From: a bacterium
GTDB lineage: Bacteria > UBA8248
Reading direction: 5' to 3'
Length of the DNA: 64,000 nt
NCBI GenBank assembly: GCA_965213685.1
Contig: CBDBZY010000064.1
Location: 1,344,001-1,408,000 of the forward strand
The notes beneath the pieces were generated by a model that saw only the letters and a list, made by a program, of their open reading frames with translations, had not been told where the DNA came from and did not search any database. Of the stretch, positions 1 through 12,844 are shown in pieces. A program made the translations under genes and the position numbers. The first letter of the stretch is position 1. Every line of letters begins with the position of its first letter.

Positions 1-53
1 CACATACGTTTTCGCGTAGCGCACGAAATAATTGCATTCCTAAGCGTGACGGA

Positions 54-201
54 TACATACATACATACATACATACATACATACATACATACATACATAC
101 ATACATACATACATACATACATACATACATACATACATACATACAAACTACTTGCGAGATGCGATGCAGAATTAGTTGCCTTGCTAAGGCGCTCGGCAAT
201 T
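54..201 (+). repeat. (CATA)n microsatellite followed by a short stem-loop; possible 3' end of a Helentron/DINE-1-like non-autonomous element
   Basis: Perfect ATAC repeats at about 54-144, then ttgcc...ggcaa stem-loop at about 176-200. The microsatellite is certain; the family assignment is inference. Confidence 0.7.
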
Positions 202-329
202 AATGGATATTTACCGTAGATTTTGGTACGTATACTAACCGTGTACATTCGTGTCACGAAGGTGATTGTCTGAAGTGTTGTCTTCGAATGATGCGCAGTT
301 TGCCACAGCTGTGTCGTACGCTCTATAGA

Positions 330-659
330 AGGTTGGGAAAGCGGGAATTGTGCTCAAGCCTGAGCAGCTACAAGCTATACGTATATGATGGGAGAGATGT
401 CTTTCTGTGGCTACCAACAGGCTCTGGTAAATCCATCTGCTATGATGTTCAGCCAGGCCCCTCCCACAAACCGCTTTGTGGTAGGGGCCAGGGTGCGTGG
501 CTAGTGGGTTAGTATAATTCTTCGCATGCATCCCACGTGGGCAAGGTAAGTGTATGATATTTTTTACGGAGAAAAAAAAACGGAATATGTTGCGCATGCG
601 CAAACAGCGTGTAGCAGGCCTTCTCCCCGATTTGTGGGAGGGGCCTGGGTATGAGACTA
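330..659 (+). mobile_element. Degenerate RecQ-like helicase fragment in an Academ(H)-type DNA transposon remnant
   Basis: ORF 288..512 contains GRDVFLWLPTGSGKSICY (RecQ motif I). Downstream ends in cctgggtatgagacta, matching the TAG...CTA termini of other elements in this window. Confidence 0.65.
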
Positions 660-1263
660 ATTAATTTTGTACTCCCAGGTAGTGTGCTGTAACCTTACAA
701 GTGACAGGTCTTGCATATTCTTTATGCATGTACAACCATAACCAACTTCATCACATATACACAGCAGCAAAACTTCATAGAGAGCTCACACCTAGATAGG
801 CTTTCAGATAGACTTGAATGTGCATCAGGTCATAGCTTTGTTACAAGTATTATCCTTTTGGCCTAACAATCATTGTTTTGCTAATTGGCATTGTCACAAG
901 GTGATGGATAGGCAAATAATTGTTGACGCAGGCAGAGAAAGAAAAGAATGGAAGACAAACCACATCCTGCCAGAGCACCAAACCAGGACCCAGTGACTGC
1001 AAGTTCGGTGCACCAAGTGCCAATTAAGCCACTACCTCGGAAAAGTTCATCTCCCCATTCTTTTTTATGTGCAGCCAGTGGTCGTTGACTATTCAGTCAA
1101 CTTCCCACTGACGATCCACTGGCAGCACACAAGGAGATGAACTTTTGTCTGGGATAGTGGGCTTGATACTTGGTGCACTGGGCCCAGGCTCTGTGCTCTG
1201 GATGGGAGGTTGTGTTTCCAATCTTCCTTTCTCCATCTGTGTCAACCAGAATTACTATTTTAC

Positions 1264-2785
1264 CTTTGGAATGATGAAAGGTAGCTCACAATCTCTGGTG
1301 GACCGTCCTTGCATGCAAGGTGCAAGGCACTTGATCCTGCAGTATCCACTAAATTGATGTCATTGGGCTGTAAGTATACAAAGTGTGAAGAATTAAACAT
1401 GAATACATAGAAAATGTTCTTCTACATTTGTTTCCACAATAGCCTGAACACATGGGAGGCTGTTACATGTCACAGCATAATGGAGGGCAGTCCTTCCTTG
1501 CTTGTCACTTATACCCATGTCTGCCTGTGTTAAAGAAGTACTCTTCACTAACATGAGTTACAAAACACTTAACAAACCTTTGCCATCAGTAATCTTTTAG
1601 CATGTCCTGGAAGTTTTGCTAACACAGAAATATGAAGAGGTGTTCTGTACATATTGTCTCTAGTGTTGATACCAAGAAGATCTGATCCATATTTGCAGAG
1701 GTATTCCAGACACCTGTAACCAATTATTGGACTTTAGAGGTTTCTTACATGTGTAGTAGACCCCAAATGAGCATACATGTATGTACATACAAGTCACAGA
1801 CCTGCTAAGCTCACTCAGGTCTGGATGAGTTAGCATGCAGTGCTGTCAAGTAGTAACAAGCTACTTACAACTACCACCTTATAATGGTAGACTCAACTGT
1901 CTTGAACACAGCATGTATTATCATACACCAACCATAATTTGATGCTAGTCTACACACAAGGTCAGTGCAGGCCATTAGTTGTAAAGAGTGTAAATTTGAC
2001 GCTGCAGATTGTCCACTTCCAACATACACTTGTGTTTTTTTTTGATTGAATAAACCTGGTGCCTAAAAAGGCATAGATTACTTGTAATTTTGACTTCCAG
2101 CAGACAAGTGAAATGCAGTGCTTCCATCAGCATCCACAAAATGTGTCTGTGCTCCATTTCTACAAATAATAGCAACAATAGCCATTGTGCACTGAACATT
2201 GTTCCGAAACTTACTTAATGAGTACTTTGACAATATCTTCATATTCATACTTAAGAGCCAGAAGAAGAGAGGTACACCCTGAGGAGTCAGCTGCATTCAC
2301 ATCTGCTCCATAGCGAATTAACAATAGGCAGCACTATGAGAAAAACCATAACTAATGTAAAATCAGAGAGATAGTGCTATCAGTTGTGACAAGAATATGA
2401 TACTTCTATACTTGACCATGATCATTAGTACAAGTGTTTCTTTCAAAGCCAGCCTAGACTATACACAGTATCTAAGACATACCTTTGTCTGTTTTCCAAT
2501 GACAGCATACATGAGGGGAGTACGCCCCATAGCATCAGTGATATTAATGTTTTTCTGTGTTATCCATGTCTTTACTTGAGTTCGTTCACCTACAGCAAAG
2601 GCGTTAAACAAATGGAAGTATGCACAAGATGATTACAGCAATCCAACAACCATAAAGTGCAGCAATGTGGAATTCTGTTGGGTTGCTTGCTGTAAGACCA
2701 AAGTGATCTAACAAATCACCACTGATGCCAAGAGACACTTCTGATGTGGACAGTGTTGCTCTGGAGTCTACTGTCCATGTACTGC
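1264..2785 (-). CDS. Multi-exon ankyrin-repeat protein; 5' and 3' ends unresolved
   Basis: Seven GT-AG-bounded exons join in frame: PTEFHIAALYG / ERTQVKTWITQKNINITDAMGRTPLMYAVIGKQTK / CCLLLIRYGADVNAADSSGCTSLLLALKYEYEDIVKVLI / KNGAQTHFVDADGSTAFHLSAGSQNY / KCLEYL...RDNMYRTPLHISV / ADMGISDKQGRTALHYAV / PNDINLVDTAGSSALHLACKDGPPEIVSYL. Several G.T(P/A)LH.A ankyrin motifs. Confidence 0.85.
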
Positions 2786-4344
2786 TGAAAACAAGGATGG
2801 TGCACAATTGGCAGCAATGTAACTAAACGTGTAACTACATATACAGTTTGGACAACTAAAAATTCTAGTTAGAATATGTACAGAGTATTCCACACACACA
2901 TGCAAGCAGTTTCAAGTTGGTCAGGTCCAGAAGTGGGTGTGGCAATTATTAACTATATACAGGCCCGAAAGTGAGAGTGGCAATTACTAATTGTTATGAT
3001 TGTTATGGTGTTAGTGGCTTGCTGGCTGTAGGGGTTGTACCAGGCATCAATGACACGCACTGTAGATATTCAACCTTGTGTCAGTGAGGCTAAGTATGCA
3101 CGCACAGTCACAAAGCACACACATATACATGCACACGTTTCATTAGAACCACTTAGTAGCTTCTTATTGTCTCTTGATGACCAAAAAGCTGCCATCCAAT
3201 GCCTAAGTGCCACCATACCCAGCTGGCAAAGGTATGAGTTTGTCTGCTAGCTATATATTCGTGCAAACTACCCAGTTGAAGTTGAAGGGTAGCTACTGCA
3301 GCCACGTTTTGTAGTGCAAATAGCACTGAAGGCTATACAGCAGGCTAACCCAACTCTTGCACCCAGAGGAGGATGGACACGATTTAATGTCACGTGACAC
3401 AATGCGCAATTCTAATTGCACTCCTATGCCGCGGTAGGCCTTAGGGTGAACCCAACTCGCATAGCTAAAGCTTTATTTGTGAACAACAGGGTGTCAGGAA
3501 GGTAGGAGTACCCATCTTTGCTTTGAACAGATTGAGAAGAGGTTTCTGGGAGTCTTGATTGGTTAACAAGAAACCATGGCTGGCTTCAGTCACTATACAC
3601 GCCATTCAACGCAGAATACTAGAAAAGAGACATAGGGGTTGGGTTCAGATGAGTAGATATTTGATATGTACTCAATGAGGGCTTTCAAATGACATGTCTA
3701 TCTACATGATTGCAGCGGGATAAGGTTCCTTTCCAGGCATCATACTAGATTTTATACGGAGATCTCTATAAGGAAACGTTGTATGTGAGCGTTGGCACGT
3801 GCACCGCAGTTGTGTCATATGAAGCATCACCTTTGCAGCTAGTGGTGGCACTTCGACGTTGAATGGCAGTTTGCAGACAATAAAAAGCTAGCTTGTCAGA
3901 CTAATGAAACGTGTACATGTGTGGGAGTGTTTTTCGTATAAACTAATGCGAACAGCTTGCCTACGGAGAGTATTCGCAACGCAACACGTAATGCCATGAC
4001 GTAAGAGTGAGACCCTGTAATTTCGGATGCGGCTTTTACTCTGCACCTTGCAAGAACTAGTCTCAGCCTCAGACCCTTTCTAATGAGGCCGAGACTAGCA
4101 ACAAAGGTAGCAAAGCCTACTAACACGCGCTTGCTCAGCTTGCACAGCTTGCACAGCTAGTAGCACAGGCAGCACAAGGCAAAGACAGCGGTTTGAGACT
4201 TTTACCGGGGTACAAACCAGTTACACCACGGCAGTCTGGGCTGTATGGGATCACCTCGTGCAGGAAGTACTTAGAGTCCTCGTGCCCTAATTACTTCCTG
4301 CCCTTGGTGTATATCCCATATAGCCCGGACTACCATCGTATAAC

Positions 4345-4634
4345 CAGGAGCCCATAAGCACCACAAAGCGGCGCCAAGGAGCGTCCAACTGCTGAGAACA
4401 GTGATGTCCTAAACGGGAACTTTGACCTCTCTGTCATTGACCATATACAGCAGTAGGAGAACCCACACTACTGTTACACCTGTAGAAGTTGTACACTTTT
4501 GTAGCTTCTGTAGCAGCTGTTACGTAACAAATAAGGCCATAACCTGGCTGCTGTGGTTAGTACATTGCTGTTCCATGCCATCATGCGCTGTTGGATGCTC
4601 CTTGGCACCGCTTCGCAGCGCTTATGGGCTCCTG
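4345..4634. mobile_element. MITE with CAGG...CCTG termini and 7-bp TSD (P-element-like)
   Basis: TIR caggagcccataagc / gcttatgggctcctg; gtataac on both flanks (4338-4344, 4635-4641). Internal sequence shared with the copy at 59361. Confidence 0.8.
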
Positions 4635-4702
4635 GTATAACTAGTACTTGTATCCTGGTAGCACACGAGAACAATGGAAAATTGCGTGGTGTAGAGCCTA
4701 AG

Positions 4703-4834
4703 TAGTACTAGGTGTGAAAAGTAGTGGGCAATATGACTGCGGGTGTGAAAAGTAGCGGGCAATATGACGGTGGGTGTGAAAAGTAGCGGGCAATATGACT
4801 GTCATATTGCCCGCTACTTTTCACACCTAGTACT
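4703..4834. repeat. Three tandem units of about 32 bp followed by one inverted unit (small foldback)
   Basis: ggtgtgaaaagtagcgggcaatatgac x3, then gtcatattgcccgctacttttcacacc; flanked by agtacta/tagtact. Confidence 0.85.
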
Positions 4835-5265
4835 CTAGCCCTAGCCTTGAAGCATATACCTGCGGAAGGTACAGGCCTGAAGGCACTATGTAGTAGAAAC
4901 GGTGACATCAAAGCTGGCTCGAGTCGACAGCTAGGCCTGCGGTGAGGGCAAGCGAGCGGTACGAAAAACGACCCAGACTTTCGCTTACCGAAGTAGTGCA
5001 CAAGGTCTGAGAGGCCCTGGCACTTCTCCACTCACTAAAACAGCTTACAGCCCACTGGGTGCTTTTCACGGTACAAAAACTAAGCCATGTCTTGGTTGGA
5101 AAGCGGCTGCTCCATGCTCCCAGCCTCTCAGACTTTGTGAACTTCTTCCTTGAGCGAAAGTCTGTGCCCTTTTCCGTACCGCTCCCTCGCCCTTGCCGCA
5201 GGCCCCGACTTTGACGTCACTGTTTCCTAGCAACAATCGGGTATCCAGGATACAAGCTACTAGTA

Positions 5266-5526
5266 CACAGCCAAAAATAATTGGGCTCGATTCGATACCG
5301 ACTGCCGTAAGGTATCGAATCGAGGACAATGAGGAGCTCGAATCGAGCACGTAAGGCCCTTACGGCCTCGAACCGACACTGGGGTTACATGTCGATTCGA
5401 GCTGTAAGGCAGACCCCATACAAAAAATACAATGGGACTGCCCCAAATGAACGTACCGATACTTGTCATTCCGTACCGTATCGAGCACGTTTACGTCCTC
5501 GAATCGGGATTCAATTTTTGGCCGTG
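5266..5526. mobile_element. MITE with CAC...GTG termini and TCGA-rich interior
   Basis: TIR cacagccaaaaat / atttttggccgtg; flanks tagta and tagca (either a 5-bp or a TA TSD). Confidence 0.6.
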
Positions 5527-5603
5527 TAGCACGCCTACAGGCGGGCCATTCACATATGCACTCCATAATATTGCATAATCCGTTATGCAATATTACTTCG
5601 CCC

Positions 5604-5783
5604 TATAGCAGGTACTTTTTGGGGGGTAAAATTTTTGTAGTTTTCATGGCTGAGAGGCGAACCACAAATATTTACCCATAAAACAGTACTGCATAGTACA
5701 GGGGTGTGGTTTAGTATACCGTGACCACTGGCCAAAAGTTCACTGCTCACGAAAATTTTTCCCTGCAAAAAATACCTGCTATA
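5604..5783. mobile_element. MITE with short TIRs
   Basis: tatagcaggtacttttt ... aaaaaatacctgctata. Confidence 0.6.
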
Positions 5784-6527
5784 CAGTATGTAAAAGAGCC
5801 CTGGTAGGCGTGCTACTACTATAACTGAAACAGGTTTAGAGTGATCTACTAACAGAGCTAACATGAGAATCAATTTTGTGGGGGTATGTCTAAACAGTCC
5901 TTATCAGAAACAAAACAGTATTCTGTGTTTACAAAAGACAAAAAGTTAGTTCATCTTCAGTACACTAGTACCAGCACAGACTACTCTTCATCATGGGATT
6001 TTCATTCCTGCCAATGATCATACATATTTGTCCCTTAGCTACACAGATAAGCAGGTGTTCTGGTATAATGTCCTATACACATACCTTGATTGGTGAACAT
6101 TTGCAGCAAGTAGGGTGTTGTGCCCAGGGAATGCGCCAAGAGATTTTGTTGCCATCAGTCTACATCAGTTTGAGTAAATTTGTGAGTTCATAATGGCAGT
6201 ACTTCTAAAAGTACTATGTATATGTATCACAGGTTGGTTCATAATTAATCTATGACACTTTCTGAACCTAGCAAACAGTAGTATAAACAATAAAGCACTA
6301 AGTACTCAATGTACTTATTGAAGATTTTGAGAAATATATGTTCATTACAGCTCAACTTTAATGTTCTCTTACTGTGTTGTCAAACCCTACAGCAAACCTA
6401 TTGTTCAATGTTAACAAAAGACAAAAGGGGGATGTTTTGCAGCAACCCCAAAATCTATACACACAGTAGTACCTACATCTGTTGCTTAATTCCTGCAATA
6501 GTTGGAACACTACTGAGCCTACAGTAT

Positions 6528-6965
6528 TAGAGAGTCAGTATACTCTCTATGTAGGGATGGCGCCGTCACCCCCACAGTGTGCATACATTGGAAAGCCTAC
6601 TTAACTCAGAAACATTCGCATTCTAAGCATTTATATTATGGCACCTGAATAGCCCATTCCCTAAGTAGCTAAACAAATTCCTTGACTCTCAGCCAGATAA
6701 TGGCCAAAAAGGTGACCTTGTTTTTCTTTCCTCTTCTTCTTCTCATGAGATTTGTTTCAAACACTTTTCTCAAAACTAATCACCATAATTCGTTCAATGA
6801 TCCACTGTAATCACTACCAAGTATGATGTGCACTAACAGTATCTTCAGCAGAAAGTAGAAGCCCCAGACAACTTCACTATAATTTTTTGGAATCCATTTT
6901 CTAATACTTATCATCATGTGGCGGAAATTGTAAGCACGTGAAGGGTGGCCTCAAAGCCACACCTC
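6528..6965 (+). repeat. Partial copy of the 'tgtagggatgg' interspersed repeat family (5' part)
   Basis: Colinear with 8208-8670 and with the reverse complement of 13480-13930. Confidence 0.75.
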
Positions 6966-7512
6966 TAATTTCTTGATGGCTTGACAAAGGTTACTGTAAT
7001 TCAAGCCCTATGTGTTATGCAATAACGCAGATAATTGCACATGTTTGTGGCAAGCAGTTTCCACAACTACAATGTTCATACTGAGTAAGCGTTGATAACA
7101 TTCCCTATTGCCCATGCATCAATGCATTATGGCATTTGAGCACCATCACTAATACAGTGGGGAAGCTGAGCCTCCCTCCCTCCAAGGACATCCTTAATCT
7201 GAAGTAGCTGCCATTGTATGTGACTCCCCTGTACAACAGTACAGTGATGGTCAAACACACACCTTTCAGACACAAAATCAGTAACTACAGTAGCCCTTGA
7301 AACATTCTAGTGGGAAACAAATTAATAGGCGAGGCCAGCCCTTGAAAAGCTTGGCCTCCATGTTAAACCATTTATCTTGTGGTGTGCATATACACAGTGG
7401 GGTTAATCAGTTCTGTGCCTGTTTATCAGCTCGCATCAAAATCACCCAAGTGTTTCATTTACAGCTCTCCCTGCATGCATTATTTGGGAGAGCGGGAGCG
7501 AGCCCCCCTATC

Positions 7513-8200
7513 AGGGAGTCGGTAGACTCTCTATGTAGGGATGGCACCGACACGCCCATAGTGCGTGTACATACAAAAGCCTTCTAAACTCCCCCGCGCT
7601 AGCGCTCTAAGCCTATCTAGGCACATAGCTCTCCTATTCTCCACCCAACAATACCACTCAAGTAGCTAGAGTCCATCTGCAGACTTACTGCCAGAGAACG
7701 GCTGAACCGTCGAATTGTTCATCTTTCTTTTTTTGAATTGACCTACGCCCAAACTGGCTAAAGATATCACGGTGGCTTTTGTATGTATGTCCTTCCACAA
7801 GTGGTGGTCCTCAACTTCTTCTTGCTATATACTCCCAGCCCATGACACGTAGCAAAAGCTGTCTGTGGTCACAAGTTTGTTTTTTAGTGCTCGAAGGAAG
7901 TGAACTAGAACAGAATCCTCCATAATGGTGTACTATCGCACAGCAAAAAAATGACACAAACAAGTAAATAAAACATTTTCCAAAAATGTATAGGGGTGTA
8001 GGGACATCATACTACATCTTTTTTTCATGCAAAATGTCGTTTCCCAGTAATCTCAGAGCATAATCAAAGAAATATGTCACGTACAAAAAATGATGTAGGG
8101 TTATTTGTGCAGTGTTTTTATGCCCTGTCTCTACACCTAGTTTCTGTGGCTTTTGGCACTGCCATCCCTACATCCCTATACATTTTTGTTTATTTACTTG
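7513..8200 (+). repeat. Diverged copy of the 'tgtagggatgg' family with degenerate 3' hairpin
   Basis: Starts gggagtcggtagactctctatgtagggatgg; inverted arms at about 7965-8030 and 8085-8190. Confidence 0.7.
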
Positions 8201-8207
8201 TATATCA

Positions 8208-9545
8208 GAGAGTCAGTAGACTCTATGTAGGGATGGCTCCGGCCCGCCCATAGTGTGCGTACATTGGAAAGCCGTCTTAACTCGCGAACGCTCGTGTTCT
8301 AAGCCTTTCTGGACACCTAGCTATCCTATTCGAACGTTTCTCTACTCAATGATACCCCCCAAGTAGCTTAAATGTATCCCTAGGCTTACCGGCAGGAAAG
8401 GGGCGAAGTGGTGATTTCTTTTTCCTTCTAATTCTTCTTCTTCTTCTTCTTCTTAAGAGATTTCTTTCAAACGACTTTTCTCGAAACTGGCAGAAGTAAT
8501 CACCGTAGTTCTTTACAGATCAACTGTAATCACTACGGCGTATGATCTGCCTTAACGGCATCTTAGCATCTTCTCAAAAAAGCAGAAACTAGAAGCATGG
8601 ACAACATGCCCATATTTGGGAGCCATTTTCTAATAATTGTCACGTGACACAAATTGCAAGCACGTGAGGGCCGCCCGCCTCGCGCGCTCGCGCTTGCACA
8701 ATTGCTCAAAGCCACGGTCTCCCCAGCACAGAGCAGCCAGTTTCAGCAGTATCTTACTTCACTGTTGTTTCAGAGTTGGACTGTTCGTGTACAGATGGCG
8801 TCGAACAACCAATTGTGCGTGTACATAGGCTTACAAAAGCTTTCTTGGAGCGGACGCTCGTGTTCTCTTCAAGCCCCTCTGAGCACCAAGCGGCATTGTT
8901 CCAGCGACTTTCTACCAAACGGTACGCCCCCAAGATTGCATCACTGAGTTTCACTTCCGAGTAGGAAACGGAATCTTAGCAAACTTTCACAGTGGTGAAC
9001 AGTACTATAATCTGCCGGGTCGTACTTGGAAGCCACTGATACTTCCCAAGGAGCTAACGTCTATATAGGTTTCGAGGGGCTCAGCCCCTTTTCCACAAAC
9101 ACACTAACGTACATGCATACTAAAGGTGTTGGTGCTGAACTTAGAGAGAAACAACCTCCAGCCTGTATGATAGTGTGGTACAACAAAAGGCACACAAACA
9201 AGTATGAAAAACATTTTCCAAAAATGTATAGGGATGTAGGGATGGCAGTGCCAAAAACCACACAAACTAGATATATGGATGGCACTGTGCAGGCAACACA
9301 GAGGACTACACAAGTAACCCCATCCCTACATCATTTTTTTAATAGAACGTGTATCTAAGATTTGTTGTCAGAGTACTGGAAACAGCTTTGGGCGGATAAC
9401 AAAAATAAAAAATGATGTAGGGATGGGGTTACTTGTGTAGTCCTCTGTGTTGCCTGCACAGTGCCATCCATATATCTAGTTTGTGTGGTTTTGGCACTGC
9501 CATCCCTACATCCCTATACATTTTTGGAAAATGTTTTTCATACTT
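8208..9545 (+). mobile_element. Most complete copy (about 1.3 kb) of the 'tgtagggatgg' non-coding repeat family, ending in a long hairpin
   Basis: 5' gagagtcagtagactctatgtagggatgg; near-perfect inverted arms of about 140 bp at about 9201-9340 and 9407-9545. Confidence 0.8.
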
Positions 9546-9779
9546 TATATATGTCATCCGGAGATGAAGCTTTTTTTGGCCCCCGGGTGCCCTGCGCTAC
9601 GCACAAACGTAAAGCCGGCTCAATCACATCTGGTTACTTGGGAAAGAGGGCAAACCTAGTGAGCTAGACCTCTACGTGTTACAACCAAGCCTTGGCTCGG
9701 GTATTGCGACTCACAATTCGGACTACCCCTGTTCCTTGCCTCATCAATGCTCAGAGCGCAGCTACCGTTCACTGCATCG

Positions 9780-10366
9780 TTAAGGTAGGATGACCCTAAG
9801 ACATGATTTTGCCTGATTAATGTTTTATTGTATTCCCCTAATGATGCCTGTTAGCAAAATAACGTAGTTTTGCATGATATGTCGGTTCATAGAATTATAA
9901 ATATTAATTTACGCAATATGCATATTGCTAATTATAGAAAAAACATTTGCCAATAACGGCTAATGCTGCAGAGACGAAACTTCGGTGGATGATTACTAAG
10001 CATGTTGGCTATCTAAGTTTGCTTTAAAAATCCATGCTAAATCTTTCTTTCTAGACATATAATCGTTTTCTTCGTGCTGCAGAATTTAGAAAAACGGTAG
10101 CAAATTCTGCCGTAAAGTAGCACGCCAAGCCTCGAGCAACCCATTGCACATAAACTAGTTCACTCCCCTTTGGCGAACATCCACCTCTTCACTGGTTGGC
10201 GCCACACAGTGCCGCACGTCCAACGGTAGTGGGAAATATGAATTTTTTCCCAGCGAATTTGCAACCGCGCCAAAGAATTGCTGTCGTTTTAGCGTTGGTA
10301 AATGTAGGGGGAAAGCGACGGTAGAGTAATTGACGAAGAACGCAATTATGACTCGCCCTCCCTTAA
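9780..10366. mobile_element. Non-autonomous element with TTAA TSD and GG...CC termini (Kolobok-like)
   Basis: ttaa|ggtaggatgacc ... gactcgccctccc|ttaa; highly similar copy at 46432-46992 with the same boundaries. Confidence 0.8.
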
Positions 10367-12209
10367 AAGGAGCCACAAGGGCCAGCTAGCTTCGGGCTGC
10401 CCAAGCTAGGCGTCTAGGCGGTAATTACTGGTCATGTGACGAGGCAGGGCTAGGGCTAGGGCTAAGGGTAGACTAGGGACTGAGATTCGCTTGTACACAT
10501 CATACAAAGTTGGTGTAAGCTTATCTCACAAGCTGTTTACTACATCTATGATTCCTCTTGATCCCTACAGGCTGAGAATGTCGCCGACTGGGCTTCTGGA
10601 ATACATGCAGTCATGCATCACTTTTTAGCTTATAATTAGCAGGCTATACACACAATTTCTCAGTAAGCATGGACATGCAGTCACTGAGAGGCCAGTCTTA
10701 GGGGATGTATATACAGCTAGTTATCCAACATTGTACTTTGGCTCCTCTTGTGATAGTTATTTCTCTATAAGATCTGCTATTCATTGTAGTGTTAAACCAT
10801 ATCAAACTATCATTCTAGGTAAGTATCTGATTATTGCAGCCTGGTTTGCTTCCGCTCGCCCGCAATGCTCAGCATTCTACTAGTATATGTATGAGGAGGT
10901 CCAAAAGCATATTTACAGCCTTCTTACATGTTGGTTTCTTTCTTACAGTTCTCTCTTTGCAGCTACTTCCATTCAAACACCAGAAAATAGCACATATGCA
11001 GAAAGTAGACAAAGAAATTTCAATGTATGGAGAGCATGTGGCACATGTACATATGTATACAGCTGCAGAACCTGTTCCACAATAGGAAAGGAAGCCATGC
11101 AGTGTGCATTCTGTAAATACTCTAGTGCATCCAAGTGTAAGTCTGGGGTTTCCAGACCCTTCTCACCAGTATTAAGGAAAGTACGAACATTTCATCTATC
11201 GTACTTGGTATAGATTACAGTGGATTTGTGCAAAAGAATTGCTTTCATCAGTTTAGAGAAATGTTTTCTACGAAATCTCACAAGAAGACACTACTATGAA
11301 GTGTGTATTGTGTGTTCACATGTATACATAGTTAGTAGATAATTGACACTACTCTCCACTACTACTGTGACAATAGATAGATATTGCTAGATAGGTAGAG
11401 CAATGATGTTTAAAAAAATACAGTTTAGAAGAGAGATAAGAGATAGCACCAACAGAACGAGGACTGTCTAGCAAGTAAGATGGAGAAGTTGAGGGGGCAT
11501 GACCTGGTCACATGAAAGTAGTCCAGTTGGAAAACATTGCCTAAAGCTCTGGAAAGTGCTACAACATGTCCCACATGTAAGGTAAGCTCCTCTAAACTTA
11601 TTGTGCCCACTTGACTGTTCATCCTAGGTTGTTTAAAACTGTCATCTCATTTTCTGTACTATATCCCCTTTTCTATTTCTGCATCACCTTCTTCCTCCTG
11701 TTCTATCCAGGATGGTTGTACTCAAAGGACAGAATTGATAGTACACAGCACCAGAGACAACAAAGTTTTCAGTTCCATGAATTTCAGCAAAAACACCAAG
11801 ATCCATTAGCCGCTGACCTACATGCTGTTCATTGGTGATAAGTGTGCATGCAGGTGTAGCAAAAGAAAGTTTTTTGACAAACCTTATGTACATGTACGTT
11901 AGTTAAGATAAGTATTTGTTTACCTGTGCACTTTGAACAGAGGAAACTCCTTCCATGTTTTTCATAAACCACTGTACTGCAGCTGCCCCAGTGAATATAC
12001 GTATTCCTGAAGCTAATTCCTGTCATATGGGGTAATCTTGATCACCATGCCATTGGTTATTACAAAACCATATAATTATATAGTATGCACTCCAAACATA
12101 CTTGACAAGGTATCCCAGTCTGTCGGTGTGCTAGAGCTTCAGCATACATAAGTAGTGCTGCAGTTGACTCTGCATCCTGTAGAATGTGGTTGTATGAATA
12201 TTTATTACA

Positions 12210-12790
12210 TCACCTGGTGATGGTTAAGTTATTGCTATGGTGATAAATTAAAGAGGGTAGGGGAATGAATGGAAGAAAAAAACTACTTTCAGGAGCATAG
12301 AAATTGGGCCAGGACACTGTAAAATCAGTCAAAAAGCACAGAGCCATAACATCCAGACAGAAATGTGTCTTTCCACTCTTCCCTATGTACTGCCAGTGGT
12401 CGTTGACCATTCTGTCAACTTCACACTGATAACCCACCCTAATCTTGTTCTATCCAAACCTAGTTTAGTTGTTGACCAGAAACACTTCTCCATCAAGGGA
12501 GGAGCCAAGGTAGTTAGATTTACTGACTGCGAATTACAGAAATGTCTATAGTTTACCTGGTGATGGTTAAGTTATGATGACACTGATAAAGATGGAAAAA
12601 ACAAACTACCATAAGGAGCAAAAAACTTGGCTGGGAGACTGGTAATCCACTGCACCAAGCACCAAGGCATCACTCCCTAACAAAAGTTAGTCTGCCCACT
12701 CTTCTCTATGTACTGCCAGTGGTCATTGACAATCCTGTCAACCACACCAAGTCACACCGACAGACCAACCTAGTCTTGTGCAATCAGAAC
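12210..12790. repeat. Degenerate tandem duplication (two units), related to 940-1130
   Basis: acctggtgatggttaagtta at about 12212 and 12555; ctatgtactgccagtggtc.ttgac at about 12383 and 12706; similar gccagtggtcgttgac at about 1074. Confidence 0.65.
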
Positions 12791-12844
12791 CCCATCTGAC
12801 TGTATCTCAATGCTACTGTATCAACTGTTGTGTAGGGCTAAACT

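Noticed and set aside
4703-4834. CRISPR-like direct repeats
   Set aside because: Gaps between units are only 4-5 bp, the last unit is inverted, there are no cas genes, and the context is eukaryotic.
5950-6520. Upstream exons of the ankyrin gene
   Set aside because: Splice-like sites exist, but I could not build a stop-free, in-phase path or see ankyrin motifs.
10446-10480. Telomere-like gggcta repeats
   Set aside because: Only about four degenerate units; not an interstitial TTAGGG array.
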